From contig OY761535.1 of NCBI GenBank assembly GCA_963664525.1, positions 1,180,046 to 1,244,045 on the forward strand: DNA of 64,000 nucleotides, given 5' to 3'. This DNA is from Arenicellales bacterium (GTDB lineage Bacteria > Pseudomonadota > Gammaproteobacteria > Arenicellales > JAJDZL01). Below are positions 16,204-28,119 of the stretch, in pieces. Position 1 is the stretch's first letter. Every line of letters begins with the position of its first letter. The notes beneath the pieces were generated by a model. It was not told the origin of the DNA. It saw only the letters and a list, made by a program, of their open reading frames with translations, and searched no databases. A program made the position numbers and the translations under genes.

Positions 16204-17627
16204 CTGGCACAAGTCATGGATGGATGCAAATGATTTGCAGTCATTTCACTTAACTCTGCACTGCAATAAAAGCCTTGACATCGGCCCATCGTCGCTCGGG
16301 TTCGCCTTTTTAGACCTTCAAGGGACTTGACTGCAAGAGGTCCTTCAAGAGCGTTTAGAATCTCACGACGGGTGACCAGTTCACAGTGACAGATGATTCC
16401 TCCATTACCAGCCAGTGTCCAGTCTCGCTCACCGAATTCACTGATCGACGGCACAGTGGGCCATACCACTTTTTCTGTTGATGGCGACACTGACAGGCAT
16501 TTGAATAGCTTTTCAGTTGCCAGTTGGGCGATCCCCAACGCTGCACTGAGTCCGGTTGAACGAATGCCGCCAATGCAAATGTACTGGAGATTCTCGTTCA
16601 TATGAATTTGATAATCATTGAACTGGGTTGCGGGGCGAATGCCGGCGTATACGGCGGTCACATCGTGTTGACGCAATTGTGGCAGTACACTTTGTCCCAC
16701 TGATTTGATCCGTTCCAGAACATTCTTGTCTACACTCGTATCGTCACGGCTATCTTGCTCCTCGGCGCTTGGGCCAACCAACAGATTGCCAAAAACTGTA
16801 GGACACACCACGATACCCTTGGTCGTCTTGGTCGGTACTGGTAAAAGAATTGTATTGGTCAAACTGAAAGCTGGTTTGTCATAGACGAGGAACTGGCCTT
16901 TACGAGGTTTGATGCGAAATTCCGGTTCACCAATCAGCCAATCATGCAAGATATCACCATAAAGACCTGCACAGTTCACCAGGTATCGAGCCTGTAATTC
17001 ACCCTGACTGGTGGAAACTCGCCAGTATTCGCCTTCAAATCGCCCCAACACGACTTTACATTCACTGAGAAATTGAGCCCCAAGAGCGACAGCATGGCGC
17101 AGGTATGCCAAGGGTGTTGACCAAGGGTCTACCAAGCTCTCACCTGGAACTAAAATCGCTCCTTTGACATTTTTTGCCAGGGCAGGAACCCGAGTAGAGA
17201 TATCAGCGATGTCCATGACGCAAACATCTTCGACTCCATTCGCATGGGCTTTGGACACGATGGCATCAAATTGCGATAGCTGTGCATCGTTCCACGCGAT
17301 AACCATGGCCCCGCTTCGCACCAAAGGCAAATTGTAGCGCTGGTGAATTTCGCAAAACTCCTGGTATCCAGCGGCGATACACGCCTGTTCAACCGACCCT
17401 AAAGGTGCATCAAATCCGGTATGTAAAATCGCACTGTTGGCTTTACTCGCCCCACCGAGAATGTCTGCTTCCTTGTCCACCAAAGCGACATGTGCGCCTT
17501 CCATGGCTAATTTGCGGGTTACTGCACAGCCCACAACCCCGGCCCCAATAACCAAAATGTCATAGATTTGCTGAGACGATGAATGGTTTGCGTCTGAGAT
17601 TGTCATAAGCGAATTGTGTATCTGCAA
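16200..17627 (-). CDS. FAD-dependent oxidoreductase with C-terminal BFD-like [2Fe-2S] domain (glycerol-3-phosphate dehydrogenase-like)
   Basis: FAD-binding motif ILVIGAGVVGCAV. C-terminal CHCELVTRREI...MGRCQGFYC. Lies in an operon with glpK. Confidence 0.75.
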   Translation of the reverse strand: MQIHNSLMTISDANHSSSQQIYDILVIGAGVVGCAVTRKLAMEGAHVALVDKEADILGGASKANSAILHTGFDAPLGSVEQACIAAGYQEFCEIHQRYNLPLVRSGAMVIAWNDAQLSQFDAIVSKAHANGVEDVCVMDIADISTRVPALAKNVKGAILVPGESLVDPWSTPLAYLRHAVALGAQFLSECKVVLGRFEGEYWRVSTSQGELQARYLVNCAGLYGDILHDWLIGEPEFRIKPRKGQFLVYDKPAFSLTNTILLPVPTKTTKGIVVCPTVFGNLLVGPSAEEQDSRDDTSVDKNVLERIKSVGQSVLPQLRQHDVTAVYAGIRPATQFNDYQIHMNENLQYICIGGIRSTGLSAALGIAQLATEKLFKCLSVSPSTEKVVWPTVPSISEFGERDWTLAGNGGIICHCELVTRREILNALEGPLAVKSLEGLKRRTRATMGRCQGFYCSAELSEMTANHLHPSMTCAR

Positions 17628-17660
17628 ATTCCCACTGTTTTCAATCCTGCGACGGCAACT

Positions 17661-18866
17661 TTAAATGATGGCGTTTTCCACGAATGGTTCATGATTTGCG
17701 ACCCGATCATATCCAAGTTCTGACATATCCAATGTCCGATACTCTCCGTAAACGATCAGTTCGGATATCCCTCGGCCAATTGCAGGAGATTGCTGCAAAC
17801 CATGCCCTGAAAAACCATTTGAAAAAAAGAAATTATTCACTTCATTGTGTGGACCAACAATCGCGTTTTGATCCAATTTGTTGTAATCGTAATGACCTGC
17901 CCACCAATTGACCAGCTTGATTGCTTCAAAATGCTGAGATCTCGCAGCAAGGTTGGCCCAAATCAAATTAAACTCTTCATGCCTGGGTTCAAAATCCTCG
18001 GGGTCGACAGCAATGTCATTGACAGGTGTCATGCCAGTTAGAAAAAATTCGCCCTCTGGTCTGCAAAATGTACCAGATGAATCAATCATGAGTGGCAATT
18101 GTCCATCGTTAACCGTCGCTGTACCCTGTGGCGAGTGCGCACAATCGAAAACGAAAAGCATTCGTTTACGAGGTTCCACCGGCAACTGTAATCCAGCCAA
18201 ATTGGCGACGATGGCACCACGGGTACCAGAGGCGTTCACGAGATAATCACAATCGATTGATTCACCTGTCGTTAGTGAGACACCTGAAATCATCTGTCTT
18301 GTCCGCTGGACTGCGCATACTTCACCAACAATCCAGTCAGCGCCCAAATGCCTTGCCTTTTGCCGAAACGCATTCATGAGCCCTGTATTGGAAAACCAGC
18401 CTTCTCCTGAGCGCCCATAACTTGCCAGGCGAGTGTCGTCTACACGCAAATGTGGAAATGCCAATTTGAGTGCTTGCTGGTCCAGTAACACAACGTCGGC
18501 ACCGCAGCTGCGCTGAATTTCATGGTTTGCCCGCAAAATCTGCTCCTGTTGTTCACTCACCGCAATAAACAGGTAACCATTTTCCTGAAAGCACAGATCG
18601 GGTTTTGAGTCGCCAATTTGCAATAGGTGCCTGGCATCCCGGATAAACTGGGTACCGAATTGGCTGATCTTTACGTTGACTGTTTTGGAGAAATGATGGC
18701 GAATCGAACTGGCGCTTAATGCTGTAGCCGCTCTTGAATGGGTCGGGTCTTTCTCGATGATGGCAACGGTGCCATCGAAATCTGGGCAAGCGGCTAAAAA
18801 ATATGCAACTGAACTTCCGGTTACTGCACCGCCAACGATGAGAACATCATATTTGCGCCTGCTCAC
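17661..18866 (-). CDS. FAD-dependent oxidoreductase (DAO/sarcosine-oxidase-beta-like family)
   Basis: VLIVGGAVTGSSVAYFL dinucleotide-binding motif. The GTG at 18866 overlaps the upstream stop as GTGA (18863-18866), so it is preferred over the ORF-track ATG at 18908. Confidence 0.75.
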   Translation of the reverse strand: MSRRKYDVLIVGGAVTGSSVAYFLAACPDFDGTVAIIEKDPTHSRAATALSASSIRHHFSKTVNVKISQFGTQFIRDARHLLQIGDSKPDLCFQENGYLFIAVSEQQEQILRANHEIQRSCGADVVLLDQQALKLAFPHLRVDDTRLASYGRSGEGWFSNTGLMNAFRQKARHLGADWIVGEVCAVQRTRQMISGVSLTTGESIDCDYLVNASGTRGAIVANLAGLQLPVEPRKRMLFVFDCAHSPQGTATVNDGQLPLMIDSSGTFCRPEGEFFLTGMTPVNDIAVDPEDFEPRHEEFNLIWANLAARSQHFEAIKLVNWWAGHYDYNKLDQNAIVGPHNEVNNFFFSNGFSGHGLQQSPAIGRGISELIVYGEYRTLDMSELGYDRVANHEPFVENAII

Positions 18867-19678
18867 GAATCCAAACTGTCGTCTGGATGTCCGAGTTCGC
18901 AAAACCAACCGCCCAAGTACTTTACGCCAATCGAGTCCGGGTGCCCAGCAGGTGATTGGCTTTCGATACCATCGCGAAACGCTTCGCTGCTGTCCTGAGG
19001 CTCATATCCAATGTGCCCCGCCTTTCGATCATCAACCACTTTGAGCCGGTTATCGGAAATTCCAAAAGCAATAGTGTGTCCGATTCGCGGTGCGATCAGT
19101 GCGCGTGTGACATATTGAATGCAATCACTAAACGACATCCAACTCCAGAGCATACGTCGATCAGTCGGTTCAGGAAACGACGAAAATATTCTCAAGCACA
19201 ATGTTTCGATCTGAAATTTGTCCCAGTAGAGCCGGCTGAGACTTTCAACAAAATTTTTCGAGACCCCGTACAGGCTGTCCGGACGATTAGGTCTATCAGC
19301 ATCAATATGAGCTTCCAATTCGTGAAATCCGATCGCATGAACGGAAGATGCATAAATGACTCGCGACACACCATTTTTTCGTGCACTCTCATAAACGTTA
19401 TAAGAACCGCGTATATTGCTCTCCAATATGGTTTCAAAATCGTTTTCATAAACCGCACCACCAAAATGTACGATCGCATCGACGTCTTGACCCATCTCCA
19501 AAACGCCTTGATAGTCACCAAGTTCACAAATAATCACTTCTTCGTTGTCGCTCGGATTATCGATTTGCACACGATCGGACAATCGGATTGTGTTCGCTAA
19601 AGGTGCCAGTCCCTTGCGTAGTTCGGTTCCCAACCTTCCAGCGGCACCTGTAAGCAAAATTCTGTTGTACTTTTTCAA
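18863..19678 (-). CDS. NAD-dependent epimerase/dehydratase-family dehydrogenase (uronate dehydrogenase-like)
   Basis: ILLTGAAGRLG Rossmann motif and YGVSK (Y-x-x-x-K). The overall pattern resembles Udh-type uronate dehydrogenases. Confidence 0.7.
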   Translation of the reverse strand: MKKYNRILLTGAAGRLGTELRKGLAPLANTIRLSDRVQIDNPSDNEEVIICELGDYQGVLEMGQDVDAIVHFGGAVYENDFETILESNIRGSYNVYESARKNGVSRVIYASSVHAIGFHELEAHIDADRPNRPDSLYGVSKNFVESLSRLYWDKFQIETLCLRIFSSFPEPTDRRMLWSWMSFSDCIQYVTRALIAPRIGHTIAFGISDNRLKVVDDRKAGHIGYEPQDSSEAFRDGIESQSPAGHPDSIGVKYLGGWFCELGHPDDSLDS

Positions 19679-20116
19679 ATAACTCTACCTTCGCTAATAT
19701 CGATCGATTTTCAGTGACTGTACTTGTGTACGCTGACGGTCAAAATACACCAGTCAAACGCTTTACGAATGACGCATATTAAGTTTGATTTTTTCGATGA
19801 AGTTCAAATGAATCCGTCTAAATGGTTGAAATATATTGTTGATATACAAGCTGTGAATAACTCTGTAAAAAATTCCATCCTTTTGTTAAATTTAGGAGAA
19901 TAGATTACAGCATCAATTCACTTCGATTTTAAGAATTAATATTATATTGAATAATCAATGAGTTATGAGACTATCCTTAGCATCCACTGGAGAACACTTG
20001 CCTATATAAGAAAAGGTTAATTTTTGATGCTGTTAATATCTTGGACAATATTTGCGTCTCAAAACCGGATTTTTCGCGCATTTTGTGTCATATTAACAGA
20101 TGAAACAAACACTTAT

Positions 20117-21175
20117 TCAAAGGCGGTACAAGGCGACGAACGCCGAAACAGAAAAAACAATGAAAATCAGAAATGTCCCTATGATTGGCGGTTGCTCGTT
20201 GAGGATTGCGACGTAGCCAACCGACTGTTGCAATGCAAAATAGAACAAGCCAAATAATAATCCCAATAAGACAAAGTGACCTGTGCTTAAACCCACCTTT
20301 CTGCGGAATGTAAATAGAACCGCAAACATACCCATAACCAACATGGAAAGCGGAATAATCAAGCGATTCCACAATGCCAACTCGTTGAATTCAACCTTCA
20401 AACCGAGCGCCCTGCGCTGTTGAACAGATTCGTAAAGCTCAATCACATTAAGTTCCGCAGGGTTTTCTGTCTGTAAGGCAAGAGTTAAAGCATCGAACTC
20501 AATCGGGAATTCTTTCACTCGCACCCACTGTTTTTCGAGCAAATTGTCTTGTACAAAATATTCATTTGCATCACTGAGTTTCAATGACTTGAAGTCTTCT
20601 GCTATAGAGCCTGATTCGGCTTCAACTTGCCCCAAATATTGGCCTTTTGAGTCAAATTGGTAAATTCTGACACCCGATACCCAGTGAAAGCTTCGAACCT
20701 TGTCGATGAAGATGAAATTGTTATCATCTCTTAACCACACCCCGTGACTGATGACCGAATCCTCTTCTGCATGATTGTGTGAAATCTGGGCGCCTTTTGT
20801 TTCCGTATAGGGCACGACAAATTCGCCCCACAGAAATATGCCTGTCGCAAACAATGCCGAGTATCCAACAATCGAAAAAATCAATCGCAACTTTGACACA
20901 CCGCCAGCTTGGAAGGCGATCAACTCATATTGGCGCGACAATACAGAAAGACCCAATATGGTTCCGATCAGTAGGATCATTGGCGACAATTCATAAATCA
21001 TTCTTGGGACGGAATAAGCCAATGTGAGAGCAATGGCCGTTGCTTTTCTGTCTCCACCGCCTTCGAGTTCATCCAGCAACGACAAAAACAGGTAAACCAC
21101 CAGCAACCAAAGCCCCACCATGAAAGACTTGCCTGTGATTTCGCGACCCAGGTGCCAATCGAGTATTTTGATCAT
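20117..21175 (-). CDS. lptG: LPS export ABC permease LptG
   Basis: YjgP/YjgQ-type permease, 352 aa, immediately downstream of lptF. The synteny with divergent pepA matches enterobacteria. Confidence 0.85.
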   Translation of the reverse strand: MIKILDWHLGREITGKSFMVGLWLLVVYLFLSLLDELEGGGDRKATAIALTLAYSVPRMIYELSPMILLIGTILGLSVLSRQYELIAFQAGGVSKLRLIFSIVGYSALFATGIFLWGEFVVPYTETKGAQISHNHAEEDSVISHGVWLRDDNNFIFIDKVRSFHWVSGVRIYQFDSKGQYLGQVEAESGSIAEDFKSLKLSDANEYFVQDNLLEKQWVRVKEFPIEFDALTLALQTENPAELNVIELYESVQQRRALGLKVEFNELALWNRLIIPLSMLVMGMFAVLFTFRRKVGLSTGHFVLLGLLFGLFYFALQQSVGYVAILNEQPPIIGTFLIFIVFSVSAFVALYRL

Positions 21176-21182
21176 ATTGATG

Positions 21183-22280
21183 TCAAGCGCGTCTTGAAGT
21201 AAACACGGAAGAAAGTGAGCGGTTGTAATAACTGCGAAAGTAAATGCCTATGATCAACGCGATCAATGCAAGATGGGGTGATACGCTCAGCCAACCAGTG
21301 GATATCTCCCCTTCCCGAAGCAGATCTATCGTGAATCCCAGTAGACTGCTGTATAGAAAGTAAACTACAACCGCACCAACCAGGTTAACTCCCATTTTCG
21401 AGCGCGCCGCGGCGGTTCCCCACGCAAAGGCAAGTACGACGACCAGTGCCATCGCCAATATCTTTGACAAGCGCCAGTTCAGTTCAGCGCTGTCCAGCAT
21501 GTCTTCAGAATTCAGCAAACGGGCGGTTGGTTTTGCTTTGGCAGAAATAGGAGTTTCTGCAAGTGCCAGTGCCGGAATTCGCTCGGTATATGATCCAAAC
21601 GCCGTTTCCTGAAATTTCAACTCTTCCAAATCAATTGAATATTGAGAACCGTTTCGAATCTCCACAACTTCGATGGCATCCGCCAATTCAAACACATACG
21701 AACCCAACTCAGCAGTGACGATTGCCTGTTCATCCCCTTCGGTCTGCAGATAAAACAGCCTGACCGGGTCGATGACATCATCAGGAAAATGACTGTAGTA
21801 AAGCATGCTTTGTCCTCGCTTTAGCGAGCGAAACTCCCCTTTTTTGAACGGTGCACTCTTTGTTGTCAGACGGTACTTATCCAATTCATGCTGATAACCC
21901 AATTCGGCTGCAGGCGCGATGTATAAAGCTAAAACGGCAACAATAAATGCGGCGCCTGCTGCAACGGTTGCTGCAGGAATCAGGTACTCCAGTGGTCCAA
22001 CACCTCCGGTGGCATAAATCGTAATCTCGTTATCTCTGCTCCATCGCATCAACATCAGCATGATGGCAATGAAAACTGCGGGGGTCAATATGACGTCGAG
22101 AAAAGTGGCAAGTTTGAACGTCAATATCATGCCCAATCCATCAATTGGAAGATGGCCTTGAACAGCTCGTCTTAGCAGTCCTAAAAACTTGACGACAGAA
22201 AAAATACCCACTGTCATCAACATGACGATTCCGCAATTGAGTACGGTTTCTGAAAACAGGCGTGAATTAAATATCTGCAT
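21183..22280 (-). CDS. lptF: LPS export ABC permease LptF
   Basis: YjgP/YjgQ-type permease, 365 aa, divergent from pepA. Confidence 0.85.
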   Translation of the reverse strand: MQIFNSRLFSETVLNCGIVMLMTVGIFSVVKFLGLLRRAVQGHLPIDGLGMILTFKLATFLDVILTPAVFIAIMLMLMRWSRDNEITIYATGGVGPLEYLIPAATVAAGAAFIVAVLALYIAPAAELGYQHELDKYRLTTKSAPFKKGEFRSLKRGQSMLYYSHFPDDVIDPVRLFYLQTEGDEQAIVTAELGSYVFELADAIEVVEIRNGSQYSIDLEELKFQETAFGSYTERIPALALAETPISAKAKPTARLLNSEDMLDSAELNWRLSKILAMALVVVLAFAWGTAAARSKMGVNLVGAVVVYFLYSSLLGFTIDLLREGEISTGWLSVSPHLALIALIIGIYFRSYYNRSLSSVFTSRRA

Positions 22281-22435
22281 GATTTTCGAAAATACTATTC
22301 AGGACATCGATCTGAAAGCCTGCTCGACCTCATCATCGTGGTGAGCGCCTCAAAACTTTGTTAATCTGGTAAAATTTTCTGTTTGATCGGCCCTGTCATT
22401 CAACGTCTTTTTCAATTCAAACACCGGAGAGCTGT

Positions 22436-23935
22436 ATGCCCATAAAATTCACAACCCGAAGCGCCAGCGCCTCAGCATGTGCCAGTGGATATGTCGTTGT
22501 AGGTGTCTATGGTAACAATGATTTTACTTCCTCAGCTAGTGACATAAACGACAAAACCTCCGGCACCATCGAAACCGTAATCGCAAACAAGGACCTTAAA
22601 AGCGAGGTTGGCAGTTGCCTTACACTGCCACTGGTCAACGGAATCAAAGCAAAGCGAATTATCGTAGTACAACTTGGAAAGCGAAAGGAATTTAATTCAA
22701 GTCAGTTCAACAAAGCAATCAATGGCGTTGCCGCTAGCCTGTCTCAAATTGAACCAACAACTGTGACAGTTTTCATCAGTGACCTCGAAATAACCGACCG
22801 AAGCCACGACTGGATTGCACGACGTGTCATCGAGATTTTCTCCCAGCACCTTTATAAATTCAATCAATTGAAAAAAGACGGTGACAAACCTGAAAAAAAA
22901 TGGCAAGTACAAGTCGCGGTGAATTCCCGATCCGAGCTTTCCGCCATTCAACAAGGTGCAAAAACAGGACAGGCAATTGCCGAAGGCGTACGCTTATCCA
23001 AAGATCTTGGTAATTTACCAGGAAACATCTGCACCCCAACTTACCTGGCTGAGACCGCAAAAGACCTCGCCAAACACGACAATTTAGATGTCACTGTCGT
23101 CGAAGAAGATGAAATGGCTACACTGGGAATGCATTCACTGTTATCGGTATCTCGAGGCAGTCGAGAACCGGCAAAGCTGATCATCATGAACTACAGCGGT
23201 GATCCTAATGGCAGCGCTCCGATCGCTTTGGTAGGCAAAGGCCTCACATTCGATGCAGGTGGGATCTCGCTCAAGCCAGCCAATGCAATGGACGAAATGA
23301 AATTCGACATGTGTGGAGCAGCCGGTGTCATTGGCGCAATGCATGCCATTGCAACACTGCAACTACCAGTCAACGTGATCGGCGCCGTGGCAAGCAGTGA
23401 AAATTTACCTGATGGAGCAGCCAACAAACCCGGTGACATAGTCAAAAGCATGGCTGGATTGACAATTGAAATTCTCAACACCGACGCAGAAGGTCGATTG
23501 ATCCTTTGTGATGCACTCACTTATATTGAATCTTTCAAGCCGCAAACCGTAATCGATGCTGCTACGCTGACCGGTGCCTGCGTGATTGCGCTTGGAAAAC
23601 ACGCAAGTGGCCTTTTCAGCAACAATGATGAGTTGGCGGACGAGTTGATTCGAGCGGGTGAGCAAAGCGACGATCGAGTCTGGCGTATGCCTCTTTGGGA
23701 CGAGTACCAGTCGCAACTGAAGAGCAATTTTGCTGATATGGCCAATATTGGCGGCCGCGACGCGGGAGCCGTAACTGCAGCTTGCTTTTTGGCCCGATTT
23801 ACCGAACAATATCGCTGGGCACATCTTGACATTGCTGGAACTGCCTGGGATACCGGTAGCAAGAAAGGTTCGACAGGACGTCCGGTTGGCCTGTTTGTCC
23901 AGTACGTCTTGGATCACTTGGATGCGGGCAACTGA
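22436..23935 (+). CDS. pepA: Leucyl aminopeptidase (M17)
   Basis: VGKGLTFDAGGISLKP and NTDAEGRLILCDAL signatures. 499 aa. Confidence 0.95.
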   Translation: MPIKFTTRSASASACASGYVVVGVYGNNDFTSSASDINDKTSGTIETVIANKDLKSEVGSCLTLPLVNGIKAKRIIVVQLGKRKEFNSSQFNKAINGVAASLSQIEPTTVTVFISDLEITDRSHDWIARRVIEIFSQHLYKFNQLKKDGDKPEKKWQVQVAVNSRSELSAIQQGAKTGQAIAEGVRLSKDLGNLPGNICTPTYLAETAKDLAKHDNLDVTVVEEDEMATLGMHSLLSVSRGSREPAKLIIMNYSGDPNGSAPIALVGKGLTFDAGGISLKPANAMDEMKFDMCGAAGVIGAMHAIATLQLPVNVIGAVASSENLPDGAANKPGDIVKSMAGLTIEILNTDAEGRLILCDALTYIESFKPQTVIDAATLTGACVIALGKHASGLFSNNDELADELIRAGEQSDDRVWRMPLWDEYQSQLKSNFADMANIGGRDAGAVTAACFLARFTEQYRWAHLDIAGTAWDTGSKKGSTGRPVGLFVQYVLDHLDAGN

Positions 23936-23953
23936 TCTTTAGCGATATTCGAC

Positions 23954-24391
23954 ATGAGTGCTGTTTCATTCTACCGTCTTAAATCGCCACAGCCGCATGG
24001 AAAAATGCGACTGGTGTGTCAGTTGGCAGCAACCGCGTATCGCAAAGGTCACAAAATCTATATCAGCGCGGTCGATGAAGCACAGTGCGAAATGCTTTAC
24101 CAAATGCTGTGGACTTTTGCACCGAACAGTTTTATTCCACACACCACGCTGATGGACAACAGCGATCCTGATATCGAAAAGTTTCCAGTGGTCATCGGTT
24201 ATAAAGATCCACCCAAGAAATTCAATGATGTTCTGATTTCCCTTCAACCCGAAGTCCCTTCCTACGTGGATCGATTCCAACGCATTGTTGAGCCGGTCGA
24301 TGTCGATACCCAAGAACAGGAACAGGCAGACTCCAGGTTCGGGCAGTACGAATCGCTGCTCAAAGTTACACCCAAAACCTACCATATGTGA
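23954..24391 (+). CDS. holC: DNA polymerase III subunit chi
   Basis: 145 aa. Start MSAVSFYRL... Conserved position between pepA and valS. Confidence 0.8.
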   Translation: MSAVSFYRLKSPQPHGKMRLVCQLAATAYRKGHKIYISAVDEAQCEMLYQMLWTFAPNSFIPHTTLMDNSDPDIEKFPVVIGYKDPPKKFNDVLISLQPEVPSYVDRFQRIVEPVDVDTQEQEQADSRFGQYESLLKVTPKTYHM

Positions 24392-24445
24392 AGTTCACCC
24401 AGACTGGTGAATTTCCCGGCATGTCAATGAGTCATAACCAAATCT

Positions 24446-27241
24446 ATGGAAAATAAACTAGACCGCATATACGACCCGCACTCAATTGAGCAGCAAATCT
24501 ACCAGCAGTGGGAGGAATCCGGTAACTTTTCCCCAAGTGATGACGGTGCACCCTATTGCATTATGATTCCACCGCCAAATGTAACTGGAAGTCTGCATAT
24601 GGGACATGCGTTTCAGAACACCCTGATGGATGCACTGATTCGATATCACCGGATGAAAGGACATAACACCCTTTGGCAGGTCGGAACCGACCACGCAGGA
24701 ATTGCCACACAGATGGTCGTTGAACGTCTGCTGAATGCTGAAGGTACAAGCAGGGTTGACCTGGGGCGCAAAGCATTTACTGAGCGAGTATGGGATTGGA
24801 AAGCCAATTCCGGCGGTACGATCACGAACCAACTGCGCCGCCTGGGTGCTTCGGTCGACTGGACGCGAGAAAGATTCACCATGGATGATGATCTGTCTTA
24901 TGCGGTGCGCGAAGTGTTTGTATCGCTTTACGAAGACGGCTTGATCTATCGGGGAAAGCGTCTGGTTAACTGGGACCCGGTCCTGCTGACTGCGATTTCA
25001 GATCTAGAAGTTACGTCGGAGGAAGAATCCGGTCATCTGTGGCACTTTCGCTACCCGATCAGCGGTTCCGCGGAGCATGTGGTCATTGCGACGACACGGC
25101 CTGAAACCATGCTGGGTGATACTGCCGTTGCCGTGCATCCGGATGACGATCGCTACCAGCATCTGATCGGCAAAACCATAACATTGCCGTTGGTCAACCG
25201 GGAAATACCCATTGTTGCAGATCACTATGTTGATCCTGAATTCGGTAGTGGATGTGTGAAGATTACGCCTGCGCATGACTTTAACGACTATGCGGTCGGT
25301 GAGCGTCATCATCTGCCCATCATTAACATCATGACACCTCGTGCGTCCATCGATCTTCCGGGCAGTCGCTACCATGGCATGAGCCGGGAAACAGCACGTC
25401 AAGAAGTCGTCGCAGATTTGGAACAATCAGGGCTGGTCGAAAAAATCGAGGCACATCAGTACAAAGTACCACGCGGTGACAGAACCGGACAGGTTGTCGA
25501 ACCCTACCTCACTGATCAGTGGTTTGTCAAGGCCGGGCCACTCGCTCAACCTGCTATCGCCGCGGTTAAAACTGGCAAGATTCGATTTGTACCAAAGAAC
25601 TGGGAGCGCACCTACTTCGAGTGGATGGAGAATATCGAAGACTGGTGCATTTCCAGGCAGATATGGTGGGGTCATCGAATCCCTGCATGGTACGATGAAG
25701 AAGGAAATATATTCGTCGCGCGCACAGCAGAACAGGCAAACGAGCAGGCTAAAGTCCTGCATGGCGAAAACGACTTCGTGCTCCGGCAAGATGAGGACGT
25801 ATTAGACACCTGGTTTTCCTCCGCACTTTGGCCATTTTCAACCTTGGGCTGGCCGCAGAGCACCAAAGCCTATGAAACTTTCTATCCAACGAATGTCCTG
25901 GTAACCGGCTTTGACATCATTTTTTTCTGGGTCGCCCGCATGATTATGTTTGGGCTTAAATTTGCTGATGACATTCCGTTTCATGAAGTGTACATTCATG
26001 GCTTGGTACGCGACTCAGAAGGACAGAAAATGTCAAAATCGAAGGGCAACATTTTGGACCCGCTTGACCTCATTGATGGCATTGAACTCGAACCACTGCT
26101 CAAAAAACGAACTACCGGTCTGATGCAACCTGAACTTGCGCCGCAGATTGAATCCGCAACACGCAAGGAATTTCCTAATGGCATACCTGCCTACGGTACT
26201 GATGCGCTCAGATTTACTTTCGCGCGACTGGCAACGCAAGGCCGTGACATTCGATTTGATCTTGGCCAAATCGAAGGCTATCGAAATTTTTGCAACAAAT
26301 TGTGGAACGCAGCTCGATATGTGCTGATGAATAGTGAGCAAACCAAGGTTATGCCAATTGATCAACTCAGTGCAAACACCTCAATTGAAAAGTGGATCAT
26401 CGCTGAACTGCAAAATACAACCCGGCAGATCGAACAAGCCTATGAGATTTACCGTTTTGACATCGCATCCAAGTGTCTTTATGAATTCATCTGGGACGAG
26501 TACTGTGCCTGGTTTATCGAATTTTCCAAAATTATGCTACGAAACCCTGAAACTGACGAGGCCACTAAACAATCCTTGCGCGCCAGTTTAGTTTCAGTGC
26601 TGGATGCATCGATTCGCTTACTGCATCCGTTTATGCCATTCATTACCGAGCAAATCTGGCAAACAGTCGCAAATGACAGGGATGGTCGGTCAATTATGTT
26701 TGAGCGGTTTTCCGACAGTACTGTTCCGATCAATGAAGGCGCAGTTGCAGAAATCAACTGGACAAAATCAGTGATTTCAAGTATCCGAAATCTCAGAAGT
26801 GAAAACGATATCAAACCAGGCGACAAAATCGTTGCCATGTATCAGTTGCTCGGCGATGAACCAAGCAGTTGGCTGAATCAAAATATTTTACTGATCACGG
26901 AATTTGCCCGACTGAGTTCGTTTAAACCCTTGAAAGATGCGCCTGAACCAGCCGTGTCGAGTCATTTGGTTTCAACCGAGGTCGGAGACTTTAGAATTTA
27001 CATTCAAACCGGTGATCTGGAGCATGCGGAAGAACAACTTGCAAGGCTGGAAAAACAACTCAAGAATCTTGAACAGCAAATCAAGCGCACCCAATCGAAA
27101 TTGAACAACACTCAGTTTCTTGAAAAAGCTCCAGCTGCAGTCATCGATAAAGAGCGCACCCGATTACTTGAATGTGAAAAGTCCCGAAAACTGATTCGCG
27201 AACGGCAACACCGACTATCCAATCACTCACTGACATCATAA
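24446..27241 (+). CDS. valS: Valine--tRNA ligase
   Basis: HIGH region [19 protein letters not shown] motif ([10 protein letters not shown]), C-terminal coiled coil. 931 aa. Confidence 0.97.
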   Translation: MENKLDRIYDPHSIEQQIYQQWEESGNFSPSDDGAPYCIMIPPPNVTGSLHMGHAFQNTLMDALIRYHRMKGHNTLWQVGTDHAGIATQMVVERLLNAEGTSRVDLGRKAFTERVWDWKANSGGTITNQLRRLGASVDWTRERFTMDDDLSYAVREVFVSLYEDGLIYRGKRLVNWDPVLLTAISDLEVTSEEESGHLWHFRYPISGSAEHVVIATTRPETMLGDTAVAVHPDDDRYQHLIGKTITLPLVNREIPIVADHYVDPEFGSGCVKITPAHDFNDYAVGERHHLPIINIMTPRASIDLPGSRYHGMSRETARQEVVADLEQSGLVEKIEAHQYKVPRGDRTGQVVEPYLTDQWFVKAGPLAQPAIAAVKTGKIRFVPKNWERTYFEWMENIEDWCISRQIWWGHRIPAWYDEEGNIFVARTAEQANEQAKVLHGENDFVLRQDEDVLDTWFSSALWPFSTLGWPQSTKAYETFYPTNVLVTGFDIIFFWVARMIMFGLKFADDIPFHEVYIHGLVRDSEGQKMSKSKGNILDPLDLIDGIELEPLLKKRTTGLMQPELAPQIESATRKEFPNGIPAYGTDALRFTFARLATQGRDIRFDLGQIEGYRNFCNKLWNAARYVLMNSEQTKVMPIDQLSANTSIEKWIIAELQNTTRQIEQAYEIYRFDIASKCLYEFIWDEYCAWFIEFSKIMLRNPETDEATKQSLRASLVSVLDASIRLLHPFMPFITEQIWQTVANDRDGRSIMFERFSDSTVPINEGAVAEINWTKSVISSIRNLRSENDIKPGDKIVAMYQLLGDEPSSWLNQNILLITEFARLSSFKPLKDAPEPAVSSHLVSTEVGDFRIYIQTGDLEHAEEQLARLEKQLKNLEQQIKRTQSKLNNTQFLEKAPAAVIDKERTRLLECEKSRKLIRERQHRLSNHSLTS

Positions 27242-28041
27242 ATGTCATAGCGAACAAGCTTTCCAAGTAAACTCCTTGATAACTGCAAATCTGATAGTGG
27301 GTCTGCATAACGTGGACGTTTGACAACGACTCGCTTTGATGCTTGGGTCAGCGCAGCACTAAACAGTTCACCGGCATCAATATCGTTGCCGACCAGATCT
27401 CGAAGCACTTCAATAGGCCGCGCAACCTTGACAGATGGCTTTCGACCCGGTGGATACATTGGATCGATATAAATCACCTCGGGACGATAGTGAAGTTTGG
27501 CAAGATTCAGCCTCGCATCCATGAAACAGTGCTTGATTGCCAACGATTCAGAATGATCCAATGCCCTTACAATTCCGTCTTCCAATAACGCCGCAACAAC
27601 CGGATGGCGTTCAACTGCAAGGACGGAGTAGCCCATTTTTGCAAGCAGCAGCAGATCGCCACCGAAGCCTGCCGTGGCATCGATAACGGTGTCCACCTTT
27701 CGCCCGATAGCACGACCCAGCAAAGTTCGCCGACTGAGGCGTTTCGTATCATCCAACTTTACATAAATTGGCCGAAATCTTGTACGTCCAGGCTCAATCA
27801 ATTGAAGTACACCATCGTCGAAGTCCAGTAAAAAACGATACTTTCCAACACTGTCGTCTTCGACAATTGGAATCTGGTATTTTGATGCAATCGCGTTGAC
27901 TTGGGGTTGATACTCCAAGCGCAGACGCAAACCAACTTGCTCTGTCTCGATTCTTACGGCATCAAGACAATTTTCAACGTGAACATTTGAAGCCAAGCCG
28001 ATCAATTGACGCACGACCGGCCGGCGATTCTGAAAGACCAA
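27223..28041 (-). CDS. rsmJ: 16S rRNA (guanine1516-N2)-methyltransferase RsmJ-like SAM-dependent methyltransferase
   Basis: [29 protein letters not shown] motif. Its 3' end overlaps the valS 3' end convergently by 19 nt. Confidence 0.75.
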   Translation of the reverse strand: MVFQNRRPVVRQLIGLASNVHVENCLDAVRIETEQVGLRLRLEYQPQVNAIASKYQIPIVEDDSVGKYRFLLDFDDGVLQLIEPGRTRFRPIYVKLDDTKRLSRRTLLGRAIGRKVDTVIDATAGFGGDLLLLAKMGYSVLAVERHPVVAALLEDGIVRALDHSESLAIKHCFMDARLNLAKLHYRPEVIYIDPMYPPGRKPSVKVARPIEVLRDLVGNDIDAGELFSAALTQASKRVVVKRPRYADPLSDLQLSRSLLGKLVRYDIYDVSE

Positions 28042-28119
28042 AACGCAATCATGTCACTATAATAGCGCAAAGTACATTCGTACCATTTTTCATCAAATCT
28101 CACTGTTGCATTTTCTTCT

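Noticed and set aside
18956-19600. 214-aa plus-strand ORF opposite the Udh-like dehydrogenase gene
   Set aside because: It is an antisense shadow ORF with no motifs. The minus-strand product has the Rossmann and YxxxK signatures and belongs to the operon.
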